In this document: positions 10,252-19,300 of the stretch, piece after piece | Position numbering within the stretch: the first letter of the stretch is position 1 | How the letters are laid out: the number at the start of each line of letters is the position of its first letter | NCBI GenBank assembly: GCA_023245935.1 | Contig: JAHFJM010000001.1 | Coordinates: forward strand, 6,067-70,066 | Direction: 5' to 3' | Length of the DNA stretch: 64,000 nucleotides | Source: Candidatus Peribacteria bacterium | Lineage (GTDB): Bacteria; Patescibacteriota; Gracilibacteria; Peribacterales; Peribacteraceae | Notes under the pieces: generated by a model | The model's database searches: none | What the model was told of the DNA's origin: nothing | Seen by the model: only the letters and a program-made list of their open reading frames with translations | Position numbers and translations under genes: made by a program

Positions 10252-10632
10252 GTGAAAACCGTCATCGAACTGACCATCAACCTGCCGAATAATCCGGGAG
10301 CACTCGCACGTACCTCGGACGTCCTCCGGGCGGCAGATGTGAACATTGAGGCGCTATCTTGCACCGAGGGACCGAAGCAGACCCTCGTGCACCTCGTGGT
10401 GAACGATCCGGAGACGGCGAAGATCGTTCTCCGCCCGATCAGCGATGTGGTGGAGACCGAGATTGTCGCCTACAAAGTGAGCAACAAACCGGGTGCGATC
10501 GCCGATCTTGCACGCAAGTGCGCGGGTGGCGGCGTGAACATCAAACACATCTATGCGACGTCGCTCGGCAAAGAAGCGATGTGCTATGTCGATGTCGATG
10601 ATCTGGAGAATGCGAAGAAGGCGCTGAAATAA
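10252..10632 (+). CDS. Tandem ACT-domain protein (amino-acid-binding regulatory protein)
   Basis: Two ACT repeats: NNPGALARTSDVLRAADVNIEAL and NKPGAIADLARKCAGGGVNIKHIY. GTG start. Confidence 0.9.
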   Translation: MKTVIELTINLPNNPGALARTSDVLRAADVNIEALSCTEGPKQTLVHLVVNDPETAKIVLRPISDVVETEIVAYKVSNKPGAIADLARKCAGGGVNIKHIYATSLGKEAMCYVDVDDLENAKKALK

Positions 10633-10679
10633 GCCAAGTCCAAAGGGAGCGGCATGCTTGCCGCGTGTTTCAGGCATCA

Positions 10680-11348
10680 TTATCCTCTCGGTCCCTCGCC
10701 CATCTGCTTCTTGTCCTGTTCGTTCATCTTCACTTCCTTGATCGGAAGATTCGGACCGGACGGGATGTGAATGCCGAGATCCGCAGCGGATTTATTTGCC
10801 ACTGATGCCGCACCGGACACTGCGACCGGAGCGCTGTCCGCTGCGACTGCCGCGCGGCTTCCACGAAGCATCGAAAGCGCTTTCATGGCTGCCTGAGCGT
10901 TCACGAGCTTATTACCGGTTCCAAAGCGCTTTGCGAGCGCGTCTTTCACGCCTGCAAGATCAAGAATGACACGCAGCGGTCCACCGGCGATGATTCCCGT
11001 TCCTTTGCTCGCAGGCATGAGACGGAGCTTCGCCGCCTTGTGCTTGATATTCACCTCGTGCGGAATCGTCGAGCCGTTCATCGGCACGATGATCATGTGA
11101 CGCTTCGCATCGCGCTGCGCTTTCTGGATGGATGTCTGCACTTCTGTTGCTTTTCCGGTACCGAGACCGACCTTGCCTTTCTTGTTCCCGAGGACAACCA
11201 CCGCGCGGAAGCGCATGCGGCGACCTCCCTTCACGACACGCGTGACACGATCGATGGCAAGCGTGACATCTTCGTATTCGGACGGTTCGCGCTTCCTGTC
11301 GGAGCGACGATCGTTTTTCTTGCGGTCTGGACGGGAGGATTTAGCCAT
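10680..11348 (-). CDS. rpsE: 30S ribosomal protein S5
   Basis: RVTRVVKGGRRMRFRAVVV and GTGIIAGG motifs. Start at MAKSSR. Confidence 0.97.
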   Translation of the reverse strand: MAKSSRPDRKKNDRRSDRKREPSEYEDVTLAIDRVTRVVKGGRRMRFRAVVVLGNKKGKVGLGTGKATEVQTSIQKAQRDAKRHMIIVPMNGSTIPHEVNIKHKAAKLRLMPASKGTGIIAGGPLRVILDLAGVKDALAKRFGTGNKLVNAQAAMKALSMLRGSRAAVAADSAPVAVSGAASVANKSAADLGIHIPSGPNLPIKEVKMNEQDKKQMGEGPRG

Positions 11349-11353
11349 GAAAA

Positions 11354-11638
11354 TCAGGAGTGAAGAAGAGTATGCGGAACGGAGAGTTGACCTTCGGCAT
11401 TGTGCGCGGGAACTTTCCAATTGGCGATGACATCGCCCTCGAAATCCGGAGACAGGGCAGCGGCAGGGATTTCGAATGTCGCACTCACCTCACCGAGAGT
11501 CAGCAAAGCAGCCAAGCGCGAAGAATACGGGTTTGGAAAAGCCTCCTGATTGTTGTGCCCGACCTCCGTGAGATGCGCTGACAGATGATCGGTCAGTTCG
11601 GGTGTCGAAACGGTGATGGGAGCTTGGATTGATTGCAT
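11354..11638 (-). CDS. Hypothetical protein inserted between rplR and rpsE
   Basis: 94-aa ORF fills the gap exactly (3 nt after the rplR stop, 5 nt before the rpsE start). Confidence 0.6.
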   Translation of the reverse strand: MQSIQAPITVSTPELTDHLSAHLTEVGHNNQEAFPNPYSSRLAALLTLGEVSATFEIPAAALSPDFEGDVIANWKVPAHNAEGQLSVPHTLLHS

Positions 11639-11641
11639 GAA

Positions 11642-11977
11642 TTAAAACGTAAGTCCCGCAGCGCGTGCGGCTTCGGCTAAAGCTTTGATGCGTCCATGAT
11701 ACTTGCGACCGTTGCGGTCGAAGACAGCGGCGGTAATCTTGAGATCTTTCGCTTTCTTCGCGATCGTCTCGCCGACCTTCGTCGCCTCTTTCACGTTCTT
11801 GCCTTTCGTCGAGACAACGGCAGCGAGCGTCTTGCCGGCAGCATCATCGATCAGCTGCGCGTAGACACGCGTGAGCGAGCAGAAGACCGTGAGGCGCGGG
11901 CGCACAGCGCTGCCGATCACCTTGGAACGGATTCTGCGCTTGCGTGCTTGCCTGAGTTGGATCTTGGTTGGCTTCAT
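11642..11977 (-). CDS. rplR: 50S ribosomal protein L18
   Basis: RPRLTVF, VFDRNG.KYHGRIKALAEAAR motifs. Confidence 0.97.
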   Translation of the reverse strand: MKPTKIQLRQARKRRIRSKVIGSAVRPRLTVFCSLTRVYAQLIDDAAGKTLAAVVSTKGKNVKEATKVGETIAKKAKDLKITAAVFDRNGRKYHGRIKALAEAARAAGLTF

Positions 11978-11993
11978 TGAAGAGGGTTAGAAA

Positions 11994-12554
11994 TTATGCA
12001 GCGGCGCCTTTTGCAGCGGCAGCCTTTCCTGCCTTGCGGCGAACCTGTTCGTCGGAATAACGAATGCCTTTGCCTTTATAGGGCTCTGGTGGGCGGAGAG
12101 AGCGGATGTCTGCGGCAACCTGACCCACGAGCTGCTTGTCGATGCCTTTGAAGGTCAGGATGTTCTTGTTCTTCTCATCCTGGATCACTTCGATCCCCTC
12201 AGGAAGAGCAAAATCGATCGGGTGGGAGTAACCGAGATTCAGGTTGAGCGTCTTCCCCTTGATCAGCGCCTTGTATCCGACTCCGACGATCTCGATCTTG
12301 CGCTCATGACCGTTACTGACACCGGAGATCATGTTGACGATCAGAGCACGCGTGAGTCCGTGACGAGCCTTCGCTTCCCCGTTCTCGAGGATGCGCTTCA
12401 CGGTTGCAACGGAGCCGTCGACCGTGACATCCACCTCGGGAAGCAGCGCGTACGTGAGTTCGCCCTTCGAACCCTTCACGTGGACAACGCGATTTTTGAT
12501 CTCGACGGTGACGCCGCTTGGGATGCCGATGGCTTTCGCTCCAATACGAGACAT
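11994..12554 (-). CDS. rplF: 50S ribosomal protein L6
   Basis: MSRIG start and PEPYKGKGIRY motif. Confidence 0.97.
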   Translation of the reverse strand: MSRIGAKAIGIPSGVTVEIKNRVVHVKGSKGELTYALLPEVDVTVDGSVATVKRILENGEAKARHGLTRALIVNMISGVSNGHERKIEIVGVGYKALIKGKTLNLNLGYSHPIDFALPEGIEVIQDEKNKNILTFKGIDKQLVGQVAADIRSLRPPEPYKGKGIRYSDEQVRRKAGKAAAAKGAAA

Positions 12555-12558
12555 AAAG

Positions 12559-12945
12559 TTAGGAAACGGTGCAGAGAATTTCTCCACCGATGTTTTTTGC
12601 TCTGGCATCTTGATGGGTCAGCAGTCCGGAACTTGTCGAGATGATTGCCATCGAGCTGCCATGCAGGAGGGCGCGAATGCCATCCGCTCCCACATACTTG
12701 CGTCCACCGGGCGTGGAAATGCGCTTGAGGAGGAGTGCCGGACGATCCGTCTTGAAGGTCACGATGATTTCCTTCTCACTTCCCTCCCCCTCGACAACCA
12801 CTGATTCGAGATATCCTTTCTCTTTCATCAGATCGCAGATTGCCTGCAAAATCCTGGACCACGGCGCGCTGCAATCGGTCCTGCGACCATGCTGAGCGTT
12901 GCGCATGCGGGTGATGAGATCGCCGATGGGGTCTGTGAGAGACAT
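12559..12945 (-). CDS. rpsH: 30S ribosomal protein S8
   Basis: TDPIGDLITRMRNA, ISTSSG and GGEIL motifs. Confidence 0.97.
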   Translation of the reverse strand: MSLTDPIGDLITRMRNAQHGRRTDCSAPWSRILQAICDLMKEKGYLESVVVEGEGSEKEIIVTFKTDRPALLLKRISTPGGRKYVGADGIRALLHGSSMAIISTSSGLLTHQDARAKNIGGEILCTVS

Positions 12946-12957
12946 GATGGAGGAGGA

Positions 12958-13182
12958 TTACCAGGAAGATTTTTTAATGCCGGGGATATCGCCGTTGATG
13001 GCGAGTTCACGGAAGCAGATACGGCACGTTCCGAAGAAACGCATGTAGCCACCCCTGCGACCGCAGAGCTTGCAGCGATTGTAGAGACGGGTTGGGAACT
13101 TCACTTTCTTGCCTGCCGCCCTGGCACGCTCTGCTTTCGCATGCCTGTCTTTCCAGCTGATGATGAGAGCGTCTCTGGCCAT
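12958..13182 (-). CDS. rpsN: 30S ribosomal protein S14 (Zn-binding type)
   Basis: NRCKLCGR...[19 protein letters not shown]. Confidence 0.96.
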   Translation of the reverse strand: MARDALIISWKDRHAKAERARAAGKKVKFPTRLYNRCKLCGRRGGYMRFFGTCRICFRELAINGDIPGIKKSSW

Positions 13183-13227
13183 AAAGGAGAAAAATCGGGG
13201 AGAAGCGGAGCGGAGAGTATCGCAGAA

Positions 13228-13809
13228 TTACGCCTTCTTTTCAACGGAACCTTTCTTCACGGGAGCCTTTTTGAAAGGCATACCGATATGTTTCAAGAGC
13301 GCCAAACCGCGCTCATCGGTGCCGGCATTCGTCGTGATCTGAATCTGCATGCCGAAGATTTTGTTGGCTTCCGGAGCAGGAAGTTCGGGGAAAATCGACT
13401 GATCAACGATGCCGATGGAAAAATTGCCGCGTCCGTCGAGTTTCATCGGATAGCCGCGGAAATCACGGATGCGGGGAAGGGCATAGTTGATCAAACGATC
13501 GAGGAAGTAATACATGCGCTTGCCACGGAGCGTGACCATCATGGCAACGATCATGTTCTCCCGGATGTTGAAATCGCTGATGGATTTCTTCGCACGGCGA
13601 ATCGCCGGCTTCTGACCTGTAATCGTCGTGAGTGATTCAAGAATGAACTGCTGAATGTCTTTCGCAGAGTACTTTTTCTGACTCAAACCGGTGTTCACGA
13701 TGACTTTGGTGATCCTCGGAAGAGCATGAATATTCTTCACCTTCAGTTCAGTCTTCAGCGCTTCCGCGATGTCAGTTTTCAGCCGTTTCTGGAGGGGAAC
13801 GAATGCCAT
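13228..13809 (-). CDS. rplE: 50S ribosomal protein L5
   Basis: ITGQKP, VTLRG and LPRIRDFRG motifs. Confidence 0.97.
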   Translation of the reverse strand: MAFVPLQKRLKTDIAEALKTELKVKNIHALPRITKVIVNTGLSQKKYSAKDIQQFILESLTTITGQKPAIRRAKKSISDFNIRENMIVAMMVTLRGKRMYYFLDRLINYALPRIRDFRGYPMKLDGRGNFSIGIVDQSIFPELPAPEANKIFGMQIQITTNAGTDERGLALLKHIGMPFKKAPVKKGSVEKKA

Positions 13810-13812
13810 AGA

Positions 13813-14316
13813 TTAAGAACCGCGACCGGCGGAACGGGTGGGAATGGCGGCTTTGGCCGGACCTGTCTCTCCTTTCACACCTTCGGCAGCGGCATCCGCA
13901 CCGAAGCCGACTTTGTTCCAGAATCCCGGCTTCTTCGTCTTCATGGCTGATGTGTCGGTTGCCGAAGCTTCTTTCTTTTCCTTCGGCGCGGCTTCGATCT
14001 TCGTTCTCGTAAGAGGAGTTCCGCTTTTCTTGGCAATGCGAACCTTCTGTCCGGTCTTCTGGTCGATTCTGTACCCGACGCGACTCGCCTTTCCGGTCTT
14101 GGGATCGACGATCTGAACGTTGCTGACGGAAATCGACGCTTCAAGACGCATTTTCTTTCCCTCCGATTGCGTCGTCTTCTTCACGTGCTTCGTCATGATA
14201 TTGACGCCGCTCACGATGACACGATTCTGGGCGGCAAGCACACGCATGATCGTGCCTTTCTTGCCCTTGTCCTTGCCTGCGATAACGACGACGGAGTCGC
14301 CTTGAGAGAGCTTCAT
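13813..14316 (-). CDS. rplX: 50S ribosomal protein L24 with C-terminal extension
   Basis: KOW motif GDSVVVIAGKDKGKKG. Confidence 0.96.
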   Translation of the reverse strand: MKLSQGDSVVVIAGKDKGKKGTIMRVLAAQNRVIVSGVNIMTKHVKKTTQSEGKKMRLEASISVSNVQIVDPKTGKASRVGYRIDQKTGQKVRIAKKSGTPLTRTKIEAAPKEKKEASATDTSAMKTKKPGFWNKVGFGADAAAEGVKGETGPAKAAIPTRSAGRGS

Positions 14317-14319
14317 AAA

Positions 14320-14688
14320 TTAGAGAACGTCAGGAGCCTGGGAAATAATTTTCTGATAACCGCTTGCGCGGAGTTCGCGGGCAATGGGACCGAAGACACG
14401 CGTGCCTTTGGGTTCTTTGTTGGCATCGATGATCACGCAGGCATTGTCATCGAAACGAATGCCGCTGCCGTCTTTCCTGCGCTGCACATTGCGCGTCCGG
14501 ACGATCACCGCACGCTCGACGGCATGCTGGCGAACCGTCCCGCGGGGAGCCGCACTCTTGATGGCAACGACGATCACATCACCGATTCCGGCGTAGCGCC
14601 GCTTGCTGCCGCCGAGCACTTTGATGCACATGCAGGTCTTTGCACCCGTATTGTCGGCAACGTTGAGGACGGTCTGCTGCTGGATCAT
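14320..14688 (-). CDS. rplN: 50S ribosomal protein L14
   Basis: [17 protein letters not shown] and GTRVFGP motifs. Confidence 0.98.
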   Translation of the reverse strand: MIQQQTVLNVADNTGAKTCMCIKVLGGSKRRYAGIGDVIVVAIKSAAPRGTVRQHAVERAVIVRTRNVQRRKDGSGIRFDDNACVIIDANKEPKGTRVFGPIARELRASGYQKIISQAPDVL

Positions 14689-15050
14689 TTTTTGAGAGAG
14701 GAAACCATGGACACCAAATCTTTTGCTTTCTTGATTGTCTTTTCATACGTGGAATCGCGGTGATCGCGCTTCGTGTTCATTTCGATCGCCTCGGTCTTCA
14801 TCTCCGACACTCTCGGAGCCTTCTTCAGGACTTCCGTCACTTTGAAACACTTGCGCTTGCTGAGGGGGCGACACTCCGAGATCGTCACCTCATCTCCAAC
14901 CGCGAGATCGTGACCGTTCGTATCCGCGAGGAATTTCTTGCTCACACGGTACCGCTTGTCGTACGTCGGATGCATGACGGCACGGTGGACGGTCACCGCG
15001 ACGGTGTTCTGCATTTTTGCCGATGTCACGGTCCCTATTTTCGTACGCAT
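14685..15050 (-). CDS. rpsQ: 30S ribosomal protein S17
   Basis: KMQNTVAV and ECRPLSKRK motifs. Confidence 0.96.
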   Translation of the reverse strand: MRTKIGTVTSAKMQNTVAVTVHRAVMHPTYDKRYRVSKKFLADTNGHDLAVGDEVTISECRPLSKRKCFKVTEVLKKAPRVSEMKTEAIEMNTKRDHRDSTYEKTIKKAKDLVSMVSSLKK

Positions 15051-15051
15051 A

Positions 15052-15375
15052 TTATTTTGAGCGGGTAACTTTTACAGGCTTTTTGACGGTTTGGGAAGCC
15101 TTATTCTTGGGTTTCTCTGCTTTGAGTTCTTTCACCGGATCCGATGACACCGATGGCTTCGAGGGTTGTACCGGGTTCTTCTCCATCTCCGTCAGTACCG
15201 TCTTCATCGTCGCAATTTCGCGGCGCTTCGACTTGTAGAGCGCATGGTTCTTCTCTTTCTGCATCTCGATGCCCATGCGCATCTTGGCGTACTCCGCGGT
15301 ATGCAAAGCAATATCCTGACGAAGTTCTTCTTTCGTCATGCGGCGCAGCTCGGTGGTGGTGGAAGAAGTACTCAT
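15052..15375 (-). CDS. rpmC: 50S ribosomal protein L29 with Lys-rich tail
   Basis: [10 protein letters not shown]...[11 protein letters not shown], located between rplP and rpsQ. Confidence 0.88.
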   Translation of the reverse strand: MSTSSTTTELRRMTKEELRQDIALHTAEYAKMRMGIEMQKEKNHALYKSKRREIATMKTVLTEMEKNPVQPSKPSVSSDPVKELKAEKPKNKASQTVKKPVKVTRSK

Positions 15376-15806
15376 ATGGCGAGGGCGTGCTTGTGAATGC
15401 TGACGATGAATTTGGTGGCAACGGGGAGTTTGTGACCGCCGAGACGGAACGCTTCTTTCGCTTTCGCTTCAGGCAAACCATCCATCTCGAAGAGCATTGT
15501 TCCCGGCTTCACGACGGCGGCGTAGAACTCGACCGATCCCTTGCCGGATCCCATCGGCACCTCCGGAGATTTCCTCGTGATCGGCTTGTGCGGGAAAATG
15601 CGACACCACATTTTTCCTTCACGAGCGATTTCATGGGTGATGGCGCGACGACATGCCTCAAGCTGTCGGGAGGTGATCTCTCCGGCTTCCTGACACTTGA
15701 GTCCGTACGTGCCGAACGCGAGCGTTGCTCCACGAGTCGCCTTGCCTGCGAACTGTCCGCGGCCGCGGTGGTGCTTGCGATATTTGGTGCGAATGGGTTG
15801 CAGCAT
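15372..15806 (-). CDS. rplP: 50S ribosomal protein L16
   Basis: [20 protein letters not shown] and MGSGKG motifs. Confidence 0.97.
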   Translation of the reverse strand: MLQPIRTKYRKHHRGRGQFAGKATRGATLAFGTYGLKCQEAGEITSRQLEACRRAITHEIAREGKMWCRIFPHKPITRKSPEVPMGSGKGSVEFYAAVVKPGTMLFEMDGLPEAKAKEAFRLGGHKLPVATKFIVSIHKHALAI

Positions 15807-15810
15807 ATTT

Positions 15811-16482
15811 TTAGTGAGTATCGAGAGTAAGAGCGGCTGATTTCGCTTCCTGAATCTTCTTGAAGACCATGCCCTTGTAGACCCAGACCTGCACACCGAT
15901 CGTGCCGTAGGTTGTCACGGCATGACGCGTGGCGAATTGAATATTCGCACGCAGTGTTTGGAGCGGTACGTTTCCTTCCTTGAAGGAATCCGTCCTCGCG
16001 ATCTCGGCTCCGTTGAGGCGCCCGGACACTCCGATCTTGACACCGATCAGTCCGGCTTGCATCGCACGTTCGATCGCCATCTTGCAAGCCCTCCTGTAGG
16101 GCATGCGGCGCTGAATCTGACCCTGAATGCTTTCGGCGATGCATACGGCATCGGCATCCGGATTCCGAATCTCCTGCACGTTCACTTCAAACGATCCTCC
16201 GAACTTCTTCTCCAGTTCCTTCCGGAGTTCTTCAATCGCTGCTCCCTGCTTCCCGATGATCACGCCCGGCTTGCTCGTATGAAGGAGCACGGACGTCTTC
16301 TTCCCTCGCTCGATCTCGATGAGGCTCAGACCCGCATCAGGAAATTTCTTCTCGAGGAAGCGGCGGATACGCACATCGGCAAGGAACAACGTCTGGAACT
16401 TTTCCTTCGTTGCAAACCACGTGCTCGGCCACGAATGCGTGATACCGATACGGAAGCCGTTGGGGTTTACTTTTTGACCCAT
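15811..16482 (-). CDS. rpsC: 30S ribosomal protein S3
   Basis: [13 protein letters not shown] and [10 protein letters not shown] motifs. Confidence 0.98.
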   Translation of the reverse strand: MGQKVNPNGFRIGITHSWPSTWFATKEKFQTLFLADVRIRRFLEKKFPDAGLSLIEIERGKKTSVLLHTSKPGVIIGKQGAAIEELRKELEKKFGGSFEVNVQEIRNPDADAVCIAESIQGQIQRRMPYRRACKMAIERAMQAGLIGVKIGVSGRLNGAEIARTDSFKEGNVPLQTLRANIQFATRHAVTTYGTIGVQVWVYKGMVFKKIQEAKSAALTLDTH

Positions 16483-16483
16483 A

Positions 16484-16912
16484 TTATTTGGAAGGGGCGG
16501 AAGAAACAGATGTTTTCTTGGTTGGCTTGTTCATGGGCTTCGCTTCGATTTTTTCAGCCGACTTCTTGCTCTTGACCTTCGTCTCTCCTGCGAATCCAAG
16601 CGTGATGGCAATATGACAAAGGAATTTCCGCAGCGGTCTGACTCTGCCTCTCGCCATCGGCGTGCCTCTCCGGTACGCAGTTCCCTGGTTCACGATCACG
16701 GTCTTGAGGATCATCGACTGCGCATTCTGCTTGAAATTGTGCTCGGCGTTCGCGACGGCGGAGCGGAGGACGGTTTCAAAGAGACGGGCGCTTTTCTTGC
16801 TCGTATTCCTGAGAAGCTCGGTGGCATCGGGCACCGTCATTCCACGCACCATCTTGGCCATGATGTTGGCCTTCTTTGGAGCGAGCCGAGCGGATGTGTG
16901 GTGAGCGTGCAT
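16484..16912 (-). CDS. rplV: 50S ribosomal protein L22
   Basis: SAVANAEHN and PMARGR motifs. Confidence 0.96.
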   Translation of the reverse strand: MHAHHTSARLAPKKANIMAKMVRGMTVPDATELLRNTSKKSARLFETVLRSAVANAEHNFKQNAQSMILKTVIVNQGTAYRRGTPMARGRVRPLRKFLCHIAITLGFAGETKVKSKKSAEKIEAKPMNKPTKKTSVSSAPSK

Positions 16913-16924
16913 GAGAGTGAAAAA

Positions 16925-17245
16925 TTACTTGGCGGGTGCGGGAGCGGGTTTCGGAGCGGATGCGACAGCGGTTTCAGCCTTACTCATCTTGCCTCCGTGG
17001 ATCCTAAACTTCGTCGTCCAGCTGAACTCTCCCAGTTTGTGACCCACCATTTGCTCCGTGACGTAGACGGGCGGGAACTCTTTGCCGTTGTGAACCGCGA
17101 AGGTGAATCCGACGAACTCGGGTGGAATGTCGCAGTCGCGAGCCCACGTTTTGATGATCTTCTTCTCCTGACTCTGGATCATTTTCATGACCTTCTTCAG
17201 GAGTTTGACATCAACGTAGGGGCCTTTTTTGAGGGAGCGTGTCAT
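16925..17245 (-). CDS. rpsS: 30S ribosomal protein S19
   Basis: [15 protein letters not shown] and MVGHKLGEF motifs. Confidence 0.98.
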   Translation of the reverse strand: MTRSLKKGPYVDVKLLKKVMKMIQSQEKKIIKTWARDCDIPPEFVGFTFAVHNGKEFPPVYVTEQMVGHKLGEFSWTTKFRIHGGKMSKAETAVASAPKPAPAPAK

Positions 17246-17251
17246 GGGAGA

Positions 17252-17314
17252 TTAGAGAGCGGTCGTGGTAAGGATGAAAGCAATGGCGATGAGCGGGATG
17301 ATGACTTGAACCAT
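17252..17314 (-). CDS. Putative 20-aa hydrophobic micropeptide MVQVIIPLIAIAFILTTTAL
   Basis: ATG-to-TAA ORF in the 112-nt rplB-rpsS gap, ending 6 nt before the rpsS ATG. Codon style resembles the neighbouring genes. Confidence 0.45.
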   Translation of the reverse strand: MVQVIIPLIAIAFILTTTAL

Positions 17315-17357
17315 GGAATGTGGGGGAAGATTGTGGACGACAAGGAAGTGTACACTA

Positions 17358-18203
17358 TTATTTCTTTCTCTTCTTGATGCGACGACGGAGAATGAGACCG
17401 TCGCTCTTGCGGTGCGGGCGACGGGTCTTCACGCCGAGGGCATGCTTGCCCCACGGAGTCTTGGGGTACTTCAGACCGATCGGCGAGTGACCTTCTCCTC
17501 CTCCGTGCGGGTGATCGACGGCGTTCATGGACTTTCCAAGCACTTCCGGCTTCTTGCCGAGCCATCGATTGCGTCCTGCTTTTCCGATCGTGATGAGGTG
17601 GTGGTCGACGTTGCCGACCGTCCCGATGGTCGCATAGCACGCGGCGCGGACTTTGCGCATTTCTCCGCTCGGAAGCTCGATGAGCGCGAAGGGCCCGTCG
17701 AGTCCCACGAGCACGGCGCTCGTACCGGCGGAACGGACGATCTTGCCTCCCTGACCGATCTGAATTTCAACGTTGTAGACACGGTATCCGACCGGAACGT
17801 GCTCGAGCTTCATGCGGTTCCCCGGCTTTACTTTCGTGCGCTCGCCGCAGACGATTTCGTCCCCCGCTTTCAGCCCTTCCGGAGCCAGGACATAGCGTTT
17901 CTCGCCGTCCATGTAATGCACCAGTGCGATGTACGCCGAGCGGTTCGGATCGTACTCGATCGCAGCAATACGCCCGACGATGCCGTGCTTATCGGTCTGC
18001 TTGAAATCGATCTGACGCAGGAGCCTCTTGTGTCCTCCGCCGCGGTGACGCACGGTCACGCGACCGAGGTTGTTGCGACCCGAGATGCGCTGCTTTCCCT
18101 TCGTCAGGGACTTTTCAGGACGCTTCTTGGTCAGGAGGGAGAAGTCGGCGATCGACATCTGCCGTCTGGCGTTGCTCGTTGGTTTCTGCTGGATGACAGG
18201 CAT
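17358..18203 (-). CDS. rplB: 50S ribosomal protein L2
   Basis: IEYDPNRSAYIAL and MNAVDHPHGGGEG motifs. Confidence 0.98.
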   Translation of the reverse strand: MPVIQQKPTSNARRQMSIADFSLLTKKRPEKSLTKGKQRISGRNNLGRVTVRHRGGGHKRLLRQIDFKQTDKHGIVGRIAAIEYDPNRSAYIALVHYMDGEKRYVLAPEGLKAGDEIVCGERTKVKPGNRMKLEHVPVGYRVYNVEIQIGQGGKIVRSAGTSAVLVGLDGPFALIELPSGEMRKVRAACYATIGTVGNVDHHLITIGKAGRNRWLGKKPEVLGKSMNAVDHPHGGGEGHSPIGLKYPKTPWGKHALGVKTRRPHRKSDGLILRRRIKKRKK

Positions 18204-18212
18204 GAGAGAGTG

Positions 18213-18512
18213 TTAGGCGAGTTGGAAGTTGGCGAGATCGAGAGGTCTGCTCTTCTTGGTGAGAGTGACGATCATACGTTTCTGGCGATGACGTTTCTCC
18301 ATGATCTTTCCCTGACCGACGATGCGAGTTTTCGGAACGGTGCGCAGCACGCGGACGGAATCGATCTCGATATCGTAATGCTTCTTCAGCGCATTCTTCA
18401 CATCGATCTTCGTGGCTTCAGGCTTGACGCGAATCACGTATTTTCGCTCAAGCTTCAGCTTCTCCGCTTTCTCCGTGACGATGGGGCCGATGATGACAGA
18501 GGAGAGATGCAT
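18213..18512 (-). CDS. rplW: 50S ribosomal protein L23
   Basis: PIVTEKA and ATKIDVKNA motifs, plus position in the operon. Confidence 0.95.
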   Translation of the reverse strand: MHLSSVIIGPIVTEKAEKLKLERKYVIRVKPEATKIDVKNALKKHYDIEIDSVRVLRTVPKTRIVGQGKIMEKRHRQKRMIVTLTKKSRPLDLANFQLA

Positions 18513-18520
18513 AGTGAGGA

Positions 18521-19294
18521 TTAGGCTTTGGGTTTCTTGGAATCGGAGGCAGTTTTTGCAGTCTTCGGCTTCTTGACTGTTTTCGTCTTTTTTGCAACTT
18601 TTTTAGTCTCTTTCTTCTCCTCTCCGGAAGCAACCTCCTCTTTCTTCGGCTTCGTGAGCACTCTCTCTTTCGTGAACGTGTCTTCCGCGACTTTCACGGC
18701 ATCCGTCAGGAAGATGATGTTCCTCGACACGAGGAGATCTTCCGGATTCAGGTACTGTGCGAGGATGGTCTTCACGCGCGGGATGTTCCTCGCAGAGAGC
18801 TCCAGCCCGCGGTGACGCTTGTCCATCACGATCACGATGCGACGACCAAGTTCGACCGGCAACTTCTTCAGAAGTGCCATGAAGGTCTTCGTCTTGATGT
18901 CCTCCGGGTAATTCTCAAGACCGATGATCGCTCCTTCTTTTGCACGCAGAGAAAGGCAAGAGAACAGTGCGGCCCTTCGCATCTTCTTCGGCATCTGCTT
19001 GATGAAATTCGCCTCATTCCTCGGACCGAACGCCTTGCCTCCACCTTTGAGGAGCGGGCTTCGGATCGGACCGCGGCGAGCTCTGCCGGTTCCCTTCTGC
19101 TGGAACATTTTCTTGGTGGAACCGACGACTTCTCCTCTGTGCTTCACGTGAGCGATGGGCTTCCTGCGGTTGCTCTGCTGACGCACGACGGCAAGGTGCA
19201 TCAGCCCCGGATTGATCTTCGCCTCGAACATGGAAGAGGGAAGCTCCAGAGAGCTTTTTTTGATTCCCGTTGCTGAGTAGACATCGATCTTCAT
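18521..19294 (-). CDS. rplD: 50S ribosomal protein L4
   Basis: QKGTGRARRG and GGGKAFGP motifs. Confidence 0.97.
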   Translation of the reverse strand: MKIDVYSATGIKKSSLELPSSMFEAKINPGLMHLAVVRQQSNRRKPIAHVKHRGEVVGSTKKMFQQKGTGRARRGPIRSPLLKGGGKAFGPRNEANFIKQMPKKMRRAALFSCLSLRAKEGAIIGLENYPEDIKTKTFMALLKKLPVELGRRIVIVMDKRHRGLELSARNIPRVKTILAQYLNPEDLLVSRNIIFLTDAVKVAEDTFTKERVLTKPKKEEVASGEEKKETKKVAKKTKTVKKPKTAKTASDSKKPKA

Positions 19295-19300
19295 AAAAAA

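Noticed and set aside
7095-19276. Many plus-strand ORFs opposite secY and ribosomal protein genes
   Set aside because: Antisense shadows of well-conserved genes.
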